Positions 52,802-63,594 of a stretch of DNA of 64,000 nt are shown in pieces. The stretch comes from an uncultured Candidatus Saccharibacteria bacterium (GTDB lineage: Bacteria > Patescibacteriota > Saccharimonadia > CAILAD01 > JADZBC01). Below the pieces are notes generated by a model. The model was not told the DNA's origin. It worked only from the letters and a program-made list of their open reading frames with translations, and made no database searches. Made by a program: the position numbers and the translations under genes. The number at the start of each line of letters is the position of its first letter. The stretch's first letter is position 1. Where the stretch lies: contig CAYPSN010000003.1 in the NCBI GenBank assembly GCA_964413715.1, forward strand, positions 1 through 64,000. The letters run 5' to 3'.

Positions 52802-53986
52802 ATGGCAGAAACATTTGATCGCAGTAAGCCCCATGTAAATGTCGGTACCATGGGTCACGTAGACCACGGTAAAACCACACTTACAGCTGCAATTACGCAC
52901 GTATTGGCTAAAAAGTTACCAAGCGCGGTAAACAAGCCAATTAACTATGATGAAATCGACAAGGCTCCAGAAGAGCGCGAACGCGGTATCACCATCGCTA
53001 CTTCACACCAAGAATACGAAAGTGAAAAGCGTCACTACGCTCACGTTGATATGCCAGGTCACGCTGACTACGTGAAGAACATGATTACCGGTGCTGCTCA
53101 GGTTGACGGCGCTATCTTGGTAGTATCTGCTGCAGACGGCCCAATGCCACAGACTCGTGAGCACGTACTGCTTGCTCGTCAGGTTGGTGTGCCTTACATC
53201 CTTGTTTACATGAACAAGATGGACATGGCTGATCCAGAACTAGCCGAATTGGTAGAAATTGAAATTCGCGAACTTCTTGCCAAAAACGGCTACGACGAAA
53301 ATGCGCCTATCATTAAGGGTTCTGCCCTTAAGGCTCTCGAGGGCGATGCAGCAGCTGAAGACTCTATTATGGAGCTCGTAAAAGCTATGGACGAAAGCGT
53401 TCCAGAGCCAAAGCGTGAAATCGACAAGCCATTCTTGATGCCAATCGAAGACGTATTCTCAATTAAAGGTCGTGGTACTGTTGCTACTGGTCGTATCGAG
53501 CAGGGTATCGTTAAAGTAGGTGAAGAAGTAGAGATCGTTGGTCTTCACGACACTAAGAAAACAACCGTAACTGGTGTAGAAATGTTCAAGAAATTGCTCG
53601 ACGAAGGTCGTGCTGGCGACAACGTAGGTTTGCTCTTACGCGGTATTGAACGAACTGACATCGAGCGTGGTCAAGTACTTGCTAAGCCAGGCTCAATCAC
53701 ACCTCACACTGAATTTGATGCAGAAGTTTACGTATTGAAGAAAGAAGAAGGTGGTCGACACACTCCATTCTTCAAAGGCTACAAGCCACAGTTCTACATC
53801 CGTACAACCGACGTAACTGGCGAAGTTACTCTACCAGACGGCGTAGAAATGGTAATGCCTGGTGATAACATTCAGATGAAGGTTAAACTCATCGCTCCAA
53901 TTGCTATGGAAGATGGTTTGCGATTCGCAATCCGTGAAGGTGGCCGAACTGTTGGCGCAGGTGTTGTAACCAAGATCAACAAATAA
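52802..53986 (+). CDS. tuf: elongation factor Tu
   Basis: GHVDHGKTT; 394 aa. Confidence 0.95.
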   Translation: MAETFDRSKPHVNVGTMGHVDHGKTTLTAAITHVLAKKLPSAVNKPINYDEIDKAPEERERGITIATSHQEYESEKRHYAHVDMPGHADYVKNMITGAAQVDGAILVVSAADGPMPQTREHVLLARQVGVPYILVYMNKMDMADPELAELVEIEIRELLAKNGYDENAPIIKGSALKALEGDAAAEDSIMELVKAMDESVPEPKREIDKPFLMPIEDVFSIKGRGTVATGRIEQGIVKVGEEVEIVGLHDTKKTTVTGVEMFKKLLDEGRAGDNVGLLLRGIERTDIERGQVLAKPGSITPHTEFDAEVYVLKKEEGGRHTPFFKGYKPQFYIRTTDVTGEVTLPDGVEMVMPGDNIQMKVKLIAPIAMEDGLRFAIREGGRTVGAGVVTKINK

Positions 53987-54013
53987 ACATCAAGGATCGA
54001 ACGGAACCTTAAC

Positions 54014-54334
54014 ATGCCAGAACAAGCCAACAAACAACGCATACGAATCAGACTAAAAGCCTACGACAGCAAGATTATCGATCAATCTGCTAAGCAGATT
54101 CTCGATACTGCTGTACGTACCGGTGCTCAAGTAGTGGGCCCAGTGCCGCTTCCTACGGACAAAAACAAGTTTACGGTGCTATCGAGCCCCCACGTTTTTA
54201 AAGACGCTCGAGAGCAGTTTGAAATGCGCACACACAAGCGTTTGATTGATATCACAGAGCCAACTCCTAAGACGATAGATTCTTTGATGAATCTTAATCT
54301 TCCAGCTGGTGTTGATATCGAAATCAAAATGTAA
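54014..54334 (+). CDS. rpsJ: 30S ribosomal protein S10
   Basis: [12 protein letters not shown]-terminus. Confidence 0.95.
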   Translation: MPEQANKQRIRIRLKAYDSKIIDQSAKQILDTAVRTGAQVVGPVPLPTDKNKFTVLSSPHVFKDAREQFEMRTHKRLIDITEPTPKTIDSLMNLNLPAGVDIEIKM

Positions 54335-54367
54335 TTTGCCTTGGCATCTAATAGGTAAGTCCTAACT

Positions 54368-54397
54368 AAAACACCCCCTGAATAAAGGGGGTGTTTT
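54368..54397. terminator. bidirectional terminator (aaaacaccccct gaataa agggggtgtttt)
   Basis: hairpin with A-tract and U-tract. Confidence 0.65.
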
Positions 54398-54419
54398 AGT
54401 TATGCAAAAAGGCGAGTGA

Positions 54420-54492
54420 GGCGGACCAAAGTCATTAAATGGTTAATTACTTTGGTCCGCCCGCCTGACCCCCCGGTGAAGGGGTCAGGCGG
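54420..54492 (-). terminator. two tandem perfect hairpins (13-bp and 12-bp stems) at the 3' end of the high-GC 105-aa gene; the second overlaps its stop codon
   Basis: ggcggaccaaagt...actttggtccgcc and ccgcctgacccc ccggtgaa ggggtcaggcgg. Confidence 0.5.
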
Positions 54493-54800
54493 TATGGGCG
54501 TAAGGCTTCCCTGCAGGGTAGGGAGGCTCGAACACAGGGCGTTGATCGGAGATCTCCTGCATGCGTGCTCGTACCTTGAGCCGAAGCTCTTCGAGGCTCT
54601 CGCGATCCTGCGACACCCAGGTGAGAAGGAAAGACCTTCTCTCTCCTTCGAGCCGTTCTGAGACATGCACCGTAGGGCTGATCCCTTCAAGTGCTCGCTC
54701 GACCCACTCTGCGTTGTAAGAGGGCCGGTTTGTGAGCGAGAGAACAAGCCCCGTGCTCGTGCGATGGAGACTGAACCCCAGCGATTGAAACTCAACCATG
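54485..54800 (-). CDS. hypothetical small protein (105 aa), high GC, unknown family
   Basis: AGGAGG RBS then ATG (MVEFQSLGFSLHRTST...); the ORF extension to 54904 runs into low-GC flank. Confidence 0.6.
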
Positions 54801-54920
54801 ACCGAACCTCCTTTCACAGGTAGATTGTGGCTCGGTAGTCTGAAGACAAGATCTACAGGCTGCCGAGCACAAGACTGTGAAATTTGCAAAGTACTTAAGG
54901 TCATGCCTTAATGTGCACAA

Positions 54921-54949
54921 ATCATACTATAGGCAGCCAAATCTGTCAA
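54921..54949 (-). promoter_or_regulatory. sigma70-like TTGACA-17-TATGAT, minus strand; would give a structured 5' UTR of about 110 nt for the 105-aa gene
   Basis: consensus -35, exact spacer. Confidence 0.4.
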
Positions 54950-54972
54950 TAACAAAAACTTCACAAAAACAC

Positions 54973-55001
54973 TAGACAAAACAGCAAACTTGTATTATTA
55001 T
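54973..55001 (+). promoter_or_regulatory. sigma70-like TAGACA-17-TATTAT, plus strand, divergent from the preceding promoter
   Basis: motif spacing. Confidence 0.35.
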
Positions 55002-55007
55002 GTAAAC

Positions 55008-55609
55008 CTACGTTTGGTTCGCCCAAATTGCACCTTATAGCACCTTGAGCCTTCGGCTCTTGGAATCAGTCCCCGAATCATTGTTGGGAATTTATTCTAA
55101 GAGCCGAAATGTCGAAAATATAAAATGTGAAAATAAAATCGACAAAAGGCTCATAAAACTGTCTTGGCTCCTTGGCCTCCTTCGGGACGCCACTGGAGCA
55201 GTAGTAGTGCAAAGGTAGAGCGCCGCGCTTCCGTGGCTTCGGCCAGGACGCCACCGCGTCTCCTCGCACTGCTACAGCGCTCCACAGGAGCCAAGACACT
55301 CTTCGGCGCAATGACTGCGAACGTGCCCTCACGGGCTTCTCGCCTTTGCGTCGCCAGCGGGGCGGGATCCGCCGCCTGCTCCGCTCGGACTACGAGCGCT
55401 GAACCTGTGACTGGGCTGTTGCCCTGGCGCGGAGTATAGCCTCACGAGAGGTTGGCACACACGTCGACCTCTCTCGCTCGTGTCAACCAGCTTTGGTTGA
55501 CCATGAGCGCGACGCCGGGATCCGCCGCCTGGTGTCGCCGCCGGTGCGGGGCGGCCTCCGGGCCGCCCCGCACCTCGCCCTGACAATACGTCAGGGTTTC
55601 TTTTATTTT
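55008..55609 (+). ncRNA. candidate structured ncRNA (family unassigned) with an intrinsic terminator
   Basis: ORF-poor, about 65% GC core (55150-55600); four UUCG-closed hairpins; 12-bp long-range stem 55160/55285; 15-nt direct repeat gggatccgccgcctg at 55374 and 55517; 3' hairpins ggggcggcc/ggccgcccc and ccctgac aatac gtcaggg followed by tttcttttatttt. Confidence 0.35.
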
Positions 55610-55657
55610 AGGAATAATTTCTTCGACTCCTCATAGTTTTTATGCTTAAATAGGTAT

Positions 55658-55921
55658 ATGAATAACGGGCGGAAAAAGGCATACCATGAGTCTGACTTTG
55701 CGTTTTTAGTTAAAGCAGCGCTGTATTTAATCCTGGGGCTTACTTGGATTTCAGTAAATGGCCATCGGGTGATCCCAATTGGCGTAATTTTAGGCTTTCT
55801 ATTTTCCAAGGTCGACGTGCTAAAAATTGACCGTAAAATTGAATACGCCCTTCTGGTAGTTGGTGCGCTCCTCGGCTTGGTCTTTACGGGTATCGGCTTA
55901 ACAGTGGCGCTGAACTTCTAA
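55658..55921 (+). CDS. small membrane protein (87 aa)
   Basis: two TM helices. Confidence 0.45.
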   Translation: MNNGRKKAYHESDFAFLVKAALYLILGLTWISVNGHRVIPIGVILGFLFSKVDVLKIDRKIEYALLVVGALLGLVFTGIGLTVALNF

Positions 55922-55923
55922 AT

Positions 55924-56277
55924 ATGGAATTTGCACCTACACCAGCTTTTTGGGTGAGCTTGCTGCCGGCGCCCTTTTTGCTTTATCTCAACGTCCGTGT
56001 TGGCTTGCTGCTCATCGAGGTACGAAAAAAGACCAAGAAAAGCGCAAAGCATTACAGTAAGCTCTATCATCAAGGCAGGGCACTCGGCATTATTTCGGCT
56101 GGATTTGCCCTATTGCCCGCTATTGTGGAGTGGCGGATTTTTGTCCAGAGCCCATTTTGGGCTATTTCTTATCTTATTGGCGGGATATTGGGAATTTTAG
56201 CTCTGCGTATGGTGCGCAAGGGCTTGTTAGCGGAACTCGGCAGGGCCAAGCAGACTTCACGCTCAAAAAAGAGTTGA
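55924..56277 (+). CDS. small membrane protein (117 aa)
   Basis: TM helices; adjacent to and co-oriented with the previous gene. Confidence 0.45.
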   Translation: MEFAPTPAFWVSLLPAPFLLYLNVRVGLLLIEVRKKTKKSAKHYSKLYHQGRALGIISAGFALLPAIVEWRIFVQSPFWAISYLIGGILGILALRMVRKGLLAELGRAKQTSRSKKS

Positions 56278-56443
56278 CACTCCTGTTGGTTATCTGGTAA
56301 ACTAACGCTTGGTCTAAAACAATCCATCAGTCTTCATGGCTGGGAAGAGATTAGGTCCGTTTGGTCATATAGTCTTAGACGGAAACCCATCTGCTTGCCA
56401 GGATTTGTTTTTCTAAGTAAACACAGGGTATAAAGGAAACCAA

Positions 56444-57049
56444 GTGAAAGCATTGCTTGCAAAAAAAGTTGGAATGACACAGATTTTTGACGAATCTGGC
56501 GTAATGACTCCAGTTACCGTACTGGAGGCTGGTCCTTGTGTAGTTACTCAACTCAAAAGCGAAGAGCGTGATGGCTATCGTGCCGTGCAGATTGGTTTCG
56601 GTGATGCCAAGCACCAGCCAAAGCCACAGGCTGGACACCTTAAGTCGGCTAAAGCAAACAGCCGTCATATGGCAGAATACCGTATTGATAGTGAAGAAAC
56701 AGAATTCGCAGTAGGTGATGAAATCAAAGTTGATATTTTTGAAGCTGGCGAGACTGTAGCGGTAAGTGCTGTATCCAAGGGTAAAGGATTTGCCGGTACA
56801 ATTAAGCGCCATAACTTCAAACGCGGACCAAAGACTCACGGTAGTCATAACTATCGGGCACCTGGTTCGATTGGCGCTGGTTATCCTCAACACGTATTTA
56901 AAGGCCAAAAAATGGCTGGCCAAATGGGTAATGAGCAAGTAACGGTTAAGAACCTAAAGATTATGGAAGTTGACGCTGCTAATAATCTGCTTGTCGTACG
57001 TGGTGCAGTTCCTGGTCCAAAGAAAAGCTTAGTGATGGTAAAGGGTTAG
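56444..57049 (+). CDS. rplC: 50S ribosomal protein L3
   Basis: family sequence and operon order. Confidence 0.95.
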   Translation: MKALLAKKVGMTQIFDESGVMTPVTVLEAGPCVVTQLKSEERDGYRAVQIGFGDAKHQPKPQAGHLKSAKANSRHMAEYRIDSEETEFAVGDEIKVDIFEAGETVAVSAVSKGKGFAGTIKRHNFKRGPKTHGSHNYRAPGSIGAGYPQHVFKGQKMAGQMGNEQVTVKNLKIMEVDAANNLLVVRGAVPGPKKSLVMVKG

Positions 57050-57050
57050 A

Positions 57051-57683
57051 ATGATGAAAGTAGCCACATATACAGCTTCAGGTAGCAAGGCAAGCACAGA
57101 GGTAACTCTAGACAAGTCAGTATTTGGTCGTGAGCTTAATCCTGAGCTTTTAGGGTTGGCTTATCGTCGCAGCCTAGCGAATCGACGCACCAACAACGCC
57201 AAGACGCTTACTCGAGGCCTTGTTTCAGGTGGGGGACGCAAACCATGGCGCCAAAAGGGCACAGGACGTGCTCGCGTAGGTTCGAGCAGAACTCCACTTT
57301 GGCGAACAGGTGGTATCGTTTTTGGCCCAACCGGAAACGAAAATTACAATATTACGATGACCCGTAAGATGGTCCGTAGTTCTGTGGCTCAAGCTCTCAG
57401 TGCACAGGTTGACGCAATCAGCGTGATTGAAACCTTTGCACCTAAAGAGGCGAAAACTCGTGTGGCGGTTGAGTTGTTGGCCAAACTAGGCGTAGAAGGC
57501 CGCGTGCTTATCATCGTTGCAGAAATGAACGACACACTGGTGCGTTCTGTTTCTAACCTATCTGACGTATATGCTTCTACGGTTGGTCGCGTGACCGCAT
57601 TCGACGTGCTAAATGCCGATGCAATTATTATTGAAAAGCCGGCTCTAGACGGTCTAAAGCAGTGGCTAGGGGGTAAAAACTAA
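57051..57683 (+). CDS. rplD: 50S ribosomal protein L4
   Basis: family sequence and operon order. Confidence 0.95.
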   Translation: MMKVATYTASGSKASTEVTLDKSVFGRELNPELLGLAYRRSLANRRTNNAKTLTRGLVSGGGRKPWRQKGTGRARVGSSRTPLWRTGGIVFGPTGNENYNITMTRKMVRSSVAQALSAQVDAISVIETFAPKEAKTRVAVELLAKLGVEGRVLIIVAEMNDTLVRSVSNLSDVYASTVGRVTAFDVLNADAIIIEKPALDGLKQWLGGKN

Positions 57684-58042
57684 TGAGTAGCCTTATTCTC
57701 AAGCCAGTGATTTCAGAAAAGAGTATTATGCTTGCTGCACAGCGAGTATATACCTTTGAAGTGCCAATGCAGACGAATAAGATCGAAGTTGGTCGCGCAG
57801 TGAAGGCGGCTTTCAATGTGGATGCAACTGACGTGCGCATAATTATCACTAAAGGCAAAGTTAAGCGTTTCAAGGGCAAAATGGGTAAGCGAGTTGATGT
57901 CAAAAAAGCTCTTGTAAGCCTCAAAGACGGTCAGACTATCTCTGTTTTCGAAGCAGAAGCCGAGACTAAGGAAGACAAGAAGGACAAAAAGCCCGTCAAG
58001 AAAGCTGAAGACAAAAAGTCTCAGTCTAAGGAGTTGAAGTAA
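57683..58042 (+). CDS. rplW: 50S ribosomal protein L23 with a Lys/Glu-rich C-terminal tail
   Basis: family sequence and operon order. Confidence 0.9.
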   Translation: MSSLILKPVISEKSIMLAAQRVYTFEVPMQTNKIEVGRAVKAAFNVDATDVRIIITKGKVKRFKGKMGKRVDVKKALVSLKDGQTISVFEAEAETKEDKKDKKPVKKAEDKKSQSKELK

Positions 58043-58875
58043 TGGCCGTACGCGTCTATAAACCAAATACAGCTGCCCGCCGTAATATGAGCGTGAGTGA
58101 CTTTGCCGAGATTACTAAGAAATCTCCCGAAAAATCACTGCTTTTAAAGCGCAAACAGAAGGCAGGACGCAATAATCAAGGTAAAATTACCGTTCGCCAT
58201 CGTGGCGGTGGTGCCAAGCGTGCTATTCGAATCGTTGATTTTAAACTGCAGGGCGTTGAAGGTGCAAAAGTTATTGCCATCGAGTACGACCCAGGTAGAA
58301 GTGCACGCTTAGCCTTGCTTCAGCTCAAAGAAGGCGGCAAAGCTTATGTTATTGCAAATGCTGGGATTAAAGTTGGCCAAACCATCTCTTCGGGCGAAAG
58401 TGCAGAAATCAAGGTCGGCAATCGTCTACCACTCTCAGCCATTCCGGTCGGTTCTGTAATCTCTAACATCGAGCTTACTCCTGGTCGTGGTGGTCAGCTG
58501 GCTCGCTCGGCTGGTGCACGTGCCCAGCTTGCTGCTAAAGAAGGCGTGTATGTACAAGTTAAACTGCCATCGGGTGAAGTTCGCTTGGTGCATCACACGT
58601 GCATGGCGACACTTGGTGCGATTGGTAATGCCGATCATCAGAACATTAAGGTTGGTAATGCAGGACGCAAGCGCCACATGGGTATCCGCCCAACCGTTCG
58701 CGGTAAGGCCATGAACCCGGTCGATCACCCTCACGGTGGTGGTGAAGGCGGCACTGATATTGGTATGCCTTTCCAGAAGACTCCTTGGGGTAAGCATGCA
58801 CTCGGTAAGCGTACACGCAGCCGTAAGAAGGGCGCAGATATGATTATTCGCCGACGCGGAAAGGGTAATAGGTAG
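58042..58875 (+). CDS. rplB: 50S ribosomal protein L2
   Basis: family sequence and operon order. Confidence 0.95.
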   Translation: MAVRVYKPNTAARRNMSVSDFAEITKKSPEKSLLLKRKQKAGRNNQGKITVRHRGGGAKRAIRIVDFKLQGVEGAKVIAIEYDPGRSARLALLQLKEGGKAYVIANAGIKVGQTISSGESAEIKVGNRLPLSAIPVGSVISNIELTPGRGGQLARSAGARAQLAAKEGVYVQVKLPSGEVRLVHHTCMATLGAIGNADHQNIKVGNAGRKRHMGIRPTVRGKAMNPVDHPHGGGEGGTDIGMPFQKTPWGKHALGKRTRSRKKGADMIIRRRGKGNR

Positions 58876-58883
58876 GATTAGTT

Positions 58884-59162
58884 ATGAGTAGATCACTGAA
58901 AAAAGGTCCATACGTAGACGCAAAATTGCTCAAAAAAGTAATGGCACTTGGTCCAAACGACAAGACTGTTATTAAAACTTGGGCACGAGCGAGTAGTATT
59001 TCTCCAGAAATGGTCGGCAAGACCATTGCGGTGCATAATGGCAAGCAGCATATCCCAGTTTTTGTAACTGAAAATATGGTTGGTCATAAGCTCGGCGAAT
59101 TTTCTCCAACCCGAAAATTCCGTGGCCATGGTGGTAAATTAGCAAAGGCACAAGGAAAGTAG
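58884..59162 (+). CDS. rpsS: 30S ribosomal protein S19
   Basis: family sequence and operon order. Confidence 0.95.
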   Translation: MSRSLKKGPYVDAKLLKKVMALGPNDKTVIKTWARASSISPEMVGKTIAVHNGKQHIPVFVTENMVGHKLGEFSPTRKFRGHGGKLAKAQGK

Positions 59163-59163
59163 T

Positions 59164-59544
59164 ATGAAGGTCCAAGCCAAAACCCGCCAGCTTCCAATCT
59201 CGGCTCGTAAGCTACGTCTTGTGGCTGATATGGTGCGTGGCAAAGATGTCGTCGCTGCCCAGCAAATTCTGGCTGCAACCAACAAGAAGGCTGCCGTCAT
59301 GGTAAGTAGTACGCTCAAAAGTGCAAGCGCAAATGCTGAGAATAACTACAACCTGAATCCTAAAGCTCTACACATCGACGAGATTCGTGTAGATGAGGGT
59401 TCAACGCTAAAGCGAATGCGTCCACGTGCTAAAGGTGCGAGTAGTGCAATTCTGCATCGTAGCTCTCATCTGTTGGTTGTTGTGAGCGATGCTAAAGAGC
59501 AAGCCAGCAGTACCCCAAAATCGACTAATAAGGAGGCAAAATAA
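59164..59544 (+). CDS. rplV: 50S ribosomal protein L22
   Basis: family sequence and operon order. Confidence 0.9.
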   Translation: MKVQAKTRQLPISARKLRLVADMVRGKDVVAAQQILAATNKKAAVMVSSTLKSASANAENNYNLNPKALHIDEIRVDEGSTLKRMRPRAKGASSAILHRSSHLLVVVSDAKEQASSTPKSTNKEAK

Positions 59545-60161
59545 TGGGTCAAAAAGTAAATCCAACGAGTTTTCGTCTCCAGGTCAATAAAGGCTGGTCA
59601 AGCAAATGGTTTGCCGAAAAAGACTTTGCTAAGAACCTCGCGAATGATATCGCAATTCGCCGTGTAATCTCTCGCACGCTCAACTTCCGCGCGGGTGTAG
59701 CCGCAGTTGATATCGAGCGCTCAACAGGAGCTGTGAGTGTGACTATTCACACCTCAAAGCCGGGTGTTGTAATCGGTCGCAGTGGTTCTGGAATCGAAGC
59801 ACTGAAAAAAGCTTTGGCAAAAGTTGCTGGCTCAAACATTAAAGTAAATATCGAAGAAGTTAAGCAGCCTGAAATGTGTGCACAGCTGATTGCTGAAAAT
59901 GTTGCTTCCCAGCTTGAGCGCCGTATTGCCTTCCGTCGCGTCATCAAGATGACGGTCGATAGTGCTGTCAAAGCCGGTGCCTTGGGTGCAAAAGTACGTG
60001 TGGCTGGTCGCTTGAACGGAGCCGAAATGGCTCGCGCCGAAGTTGCTTCACAAGGTAGTATTCCGCTCCATACCCTGAGAGCGAATATTGAGTACGGTAC
60101 GGCGGAAGCCAAGACCACCTATGGTGTGATTGGTGTAAAAGTATGGGTATACAAGAAGTAG
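59544..60161 (+). CDS. rpsC: 30S ribosomal protein S3
   Basis: KH domain; operon order. Confidence 0.95.
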   Translation: MGQKVNPTSFRLQVNKGWSSKWFAEKDFAKNLANDIAIRRVISRTLNFRAGVAAVDIERSTGAVSVTIHTSKPGVVIGRSGSGIEALKKALAKVAGSNIKVNIEEVKQPEMCAQLIAENVASQLERRIAFRRVIKMTVDSAVKAGALGAKVRVAGRLNGAEMARAEVASQGSIPLHTLRANIEYGTAEAKTTYGVIGVKVWVYKK

Positions 60162-60176
60162 GCTGAGGAAAAAGAA

Positions 60177-60608
60177 ATGCTGTTACCAAAGAAAACCAAA
60201 TTCAGAAAAGCAATGAAAGGCAAGAATGCCGGTGTTGCTACTCGTGGTACCGAAATTAACTTCGGTCGCTACGGCCTACAGGCGATGAGTAACGAACGTA
60301 TTACTTCACGTCAGATTGAAGCTGCCCGTCGTGCTATGACTCGATACATTAAGCGTGGTGGTAAAATCTGGATTCGAATTTTCCCTCACACACCTGTTAC
60401 TTCTAAACCAGCCGAAGTTCGAATGGGTAGCGGTAAGGGCGCACTTAGCCACTACGTGGCGAAAGTCCAGGCTGGTAGAATTATGTTTGAAATGGATGGT
60501 GTCACAGAAGAAATTGCCAAGGAAGCCATGCGCCTAGCAGCAATGAAACTGCCTGTGAAGACCAAGTTTATTGTGAAATCATCACCAGGAGAGAGTCATG
60601 AAGGTTAA
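60177..60608 (+). CDS. rplP: 50S ribosomal protein L16
   Basis: family sequence and operon order. Confidence 0.95.
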   Translation: MLLPKKTKFRKAMKGKNAGVATRGTEINFGRYGLQAMSNERITSRQIEAARRAMTRYIKRGGKIWIRIFPHTPVTSKPAEVRMGSGKGALSHYVAKVQAGRIMFEMDGVTEEIAKEAMRLAAMKLPVKTKFIVKSSPGESHEG

Positions 60609-60810
60609 GGAAATGCGCACAAAATCTACAAAAGAGCTCGAGACTATGTTGGTAGACTTGCAGAGCAAGCTGGCTCAAACCCATATTGATATGCGTGTTA
60701 AAGAATCGCCAAACGTAAAGCAGATACGTGCACTCAAGCGCGACATTGCACGAGTTCTGACACTGCAGTGTGAAGCTGAAATCAAGGAAATGGAGAAATC
60801 AAATGAGTAG
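60598..60810 (+). CDS. rpmC: 50S ribosomal protein L29
   Basis: operon order, about 70 aa. Confidence 0.9.
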   Translation: MKVKEMRTKSTKELETMLVDLQSKLAQTHIDMRVKESPNVKQIRALKRDIARVLTLQCEAEIKEMEKSNE

Positions 60811-61063
60811 AGTATTAAGCGGCAAGGTCGTATCAAACAAGATGGATAAGACTGTAGTTGTGGCCGTAGAGCGCCTCAAGACTCATCCTTTGTATAAGAA
60901 ACAGTATAAGACAACTGCTAAGTTCAAAGCTCATGACGAAGAGAATCAGTTCAAAGTTGGTGATCTTGTTGAGATTACAGAAACCCGTCCATTGAGCAAG
61001 ACCAAGAAGTTTACCGTTACCAAGAAAACAGGTGAAGTAATCGTGAAAGGGGCCAGCAAATGA
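60803..61063 (+). CDS. rpsQ: 30S ribosomal protein S17
   Basis: RBS before the internal ATG at 60803 ([20 protein letters not shown]). Confidence 0.9.
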   Translation: MSRVLSGKVVSNKMDKTVVVAVERLKTHPLYKKQYKTTAKFKAHDEENQFKVGDLVEITETRPLSKTKKFTVTKKTGEVIVKGASK

Positions 61064-61428
61064 TACAGCCACAGACCCGATTAAAGATTGCTGACAACAC
61101 CGGCGCTAAGCAGATTATGTGTATTAAGGTGTTGGGTGGCTCACGTCGTCGTTACGCGCGCGTTGGTGATATTATTGTTGCGAGTGTGAAGACTGCCACG
61201 CCAAACGGTACGGTGAAGAAAAAAGAAGTTATTCGTGCAGTAGTAGTGCGTACACACAAAGAAACACTACGTGCCGACGGTTCTTCAATTCGTTTTGATG
61301 AAAATGCCGCAGTTGTTATAGACAAGGCGGGCATGCCACGAGGAACACGTATCTTTGGTCCAGTAACGCGTGAATTGCGCGAGCGTGGCTACATGAAGAT
61401 TGTTTCATTGGCACCGGAGGTACTGTAA
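61060..61428 (+). CDS. rplN: 50S ribosomal protein L14
   Basis: [17 protein letters not shown]. Confidence 0.95.
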   Translation: MIQPQTRLKIADNTGAKQIMCIKVLGGSRRRYARVGDIIVASVKTATPNGTVKKKEVIRAVVVRTHKETLRADGSSIRFDENAAVVIDKAGMPRGTRIFGPVTRELRERGYMKIVSLAPEVL

Positions 61429-61811
61429 TGGCTGGTATGAAGCTCAAATTGAAAGACAAAGTCATGGTTATTAAAGGCCGCGACAAAGGCAAGAAGGGTG
61501 AAGTGGTGGCAGTGCTGCCAAAGACGAATCAAGTGGTCGTCGAGGGCGTACAGGTTGTGAAGCGTCACACGAAGCCAAATGCAAAAACGCCACGTGGCGG
61601 GATCGTCGAAGTAGTGAAGCCAATTGATGTAGCTAAGGTCATGGTACTTGATCCATCGACTGGACGTCCAGCGCGCATTGGCTATAAGCTTGATGCCAAA
61701 GGCAACAAAGAGCGTGTTTTCAAGGTTTCGCCGTTCAAGAACAAAACCACAAAGCCAGCTACGGCAAAGGCCACCAAGGCCGATAGTACTGCAAGGAAGA
61801 GTGAGAAGTAG
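61428..61811 (+). CDS. rplX: 50S ribosomal protein L24 with a basic C-terminal tail
   Basis: KOW motif; operon order. Confidence 0.9.
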   Translation: MAGMKLKLKDKVMVIKGRDKGKKGEVVAVLPKTNQVVVEGVQVVKRHTKPNAKTPRGGIVEVVKPIDVAKVMVLDPSTGRPARIGYKLDAKGNKERVFKVSPFKNKTTKPATAKATKADSTARKSEK

Positions 61812-61813
61812 AC

Positions 61814-62362
61814 ATGAATAGACTAAAAGAACATTACCGAACTACAGTGACTAAAGACTTGGCTGACAAGCTTGGTTTGAAGAACCCCCATCAAATTCCG
61901 AAAGTGGAGAAGATTGTGGTAAGTGTTGGTGTTGGTCGTGCGCTGCAAGACAGCAAGCACCTCGACCAAGCTGTAGCTACGCTCACGAAAATTACTGGCC
62001 AGAAGCCAGTTATCACCAAAGCGCGCAAGAGTATCGCAACCTTCAAGTTGCGTGATGGCAATGAAATTGGCGCAACAGTCACTCTGCGTGGCGATAGAAT
62101 GTACTTTTTCCTTGACCAATTGGTGAACGTGGTGCTCCCTCGTATCCGTGACTTCCATGGTGTAAAGGCTGGTGCTTTTGATCCAATGGGTAACTATAGC
62201 ATTGGTATTAAGGAACAGACGGTTTTTCCACAAATTTCTTACGAAGATGCTACTACCACCCACGGGTTGCAAATTAACATAATTACAAGCGGTAAAGACC
62301 GAGAAGCCTCATATGCGCTTCTGGCTGGTCTTGGAATGCCGTTTGAGAAAGGAGCGAACTAA
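61814..62362 (+). CDS. rplE: 50S ribosomal protein L5
   Basis: family sequence and operon order. Confidence 0.95.
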   Translation: MNRLKEHYRTTVTKDLADKLGLKNPHQIPKVEKIVVSVGVGRALQDSKHLDQAVATLTKITGQKPVITKARKSIATFKLRDGNEIGATVTLRGDRMYFFLDQLVNVVLPRIRDFHGVKAGAFDPMGNYSIGIKEQTVFPQISYEDATTTHGLQINIITSGKDREASYALLAGLGMPFEKGAN

Positions 62363-62631
62363 TGGCTAGAAAAGCACTCATTCAACGAGAGTTAAAGCGA
62401 CAAAAGTTAGCAGAAAAATATGCCGTTAAGCGCGCCGAATTAAAAGCTGCAGGTGACTTGGAGGGCTTGGCAAAGTTGCCACGTAACTCAAATCCAAATC
62501 GCATGCGTAACCGCTGTGAAGTGACTGGAAGATCACGGGGCTACCTCCGTAAGTTCGGATTGTCGCGTATCACATTCCGCGAATATGCATCCAAAGGGCA
62601 GATTCCTGGCGTAACAAAATCAAGTTGGTAA
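62362..62631 (+). CDS. rpsN: 30S ribosomal protein S14 (long, non-zinc type)
   Basis: 89 aa, no CxxC pairs. Confidence 0.9.
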   Translation: MARKALIQRELKRQKLAEKYAVKRAELKAAGDLEGLAKLPRNSNPNRMRNRCEVTGRSRGYLRKFGLSRITFREYASKGQIPGVTKSSW

Positions 62632-62647
62632 AGGAAAGGAGACAAGC

Positions 62648-63043
62648 ATGATTACAACAGATCCAATTGCAGATATGCTGACACGCATCCGAAATGCGCG
62701 TGGTGCTAGCATGTCTCGTGTCTCAATTCCTTACTCAAGGATTAAGTTTCAGATTGCCGAGATTCTTAAGGCAAGCGGCTATCTTTCTGACGTTAAAGTT
62801 TCCAAAAATGGTGCTTTTCAGGTGCTTGACCTCGGTATCGACGGCGAAGGCGTGAAGCGACCTTTGCAAAAACTCTTGCGCGTAAGCAAGCCGGGCCGCC
62901 GTGTATATGCCAAGCGTGATGAAATTCCTCACGTGCTAAGCGGTCGTGGGATCGTGATAGTTTCGACTTCGTCAGGCCTCATGACTGGTCAGCAGGCAAG
63001 ACAAAAGGGCTTGGGCGGTGAATTAATTTGTAAGGTTTGGTAG
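62648..63043 (+). CDS. rpsH: 30S ribosomal protein S8
   Basis: family sequence and operon order. Confidence 0.95.
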   Translation: MITTDPIADMLTRIRNARGASMSRVSIPYSRIKFQIAEILKASGYLSDVKVSKNGAFQVLDLGIDGEGVKRPLQKLLRVSKPGRRVYAKRDEIPHVLSGRGIVIVSTSSGLMTGQQARQKGLGGELICKVW

Positions 63044-63050
63044 GTAGAAG

Positions 63051-63590
63051 ATGAGTAGAATTGGTAAAATCCCCGTATCTATCCCCGCAGGCGTCACGCT
63101 TGAAGTGAAAGATGGTGTTATCGTGGTGACCGGCTCAAAAGGTACCCTTACACAGCCACTTTTTGATGGCTTTTCTATCGAACAGACCGAAGGAAGCCTG
63201 ACTATCGTACGTACTGAAGAAAACACTGAAACTCAGAAGCAGTTTGGGCTACTTCGTACACTGGTCGCTAACATGATCCAGGGTGTGTCTGAAGGTTTTT
63301 CAAAAACGCTCGAAATTAATGGTGTTGGTTATCGTGCAGCTGCTGAAGGTCGCGGCGTTAGTCTCAGCTTAGGCTACTCCCACAAGATTAGCTATCTTCC
63401 ACCAGAAGGCGTTGATTTAAAAGTTGAAGGCAACACTATTGTAGTGTCAGGCTTTGATAAGCAACTCGTTGGTGAAGCGGCAGCCAAGATCCGTTCATAC
63501 CGTAAACCAGAACCATATAAGGGTAAAGGCATTAAGTACGCAGGTGAACACATCAGACGCAAGGCTGGTAAGACGGCGGCAAAGGGATAA
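63051..63590 (+). CDS. rplF: 50S ribosomal protein L6
   Basis: family sequence and operon order. Confidence 0.95.
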   Translation: MSRIGKIPVSIPAGVTLEVKDGVIVVTGSKGTLTQPLFDGFSIEQTEGSLTIVRTEENTETQKQFGLLRTLVANMIQGVSEGFSKTLEINGVGYRAAAEGRGVSLSLGYSHKISYLPPEGVDLKVEGNTIVVSGFDKQLVGEAAAKIRSYRKPEPYKGKGIKYAGEHIRRKAGKTAAKG

Positions 63591-63594
63591 GATA

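Noticed and set aside
55164-55586. ORFs 55164..55439 (plus) and 55329..55586 (minus)
   Set aside because: Overlapping Ala/Arg/Ser/Gly-rich frames in a GC-rich hairpin-dense region. No start context.
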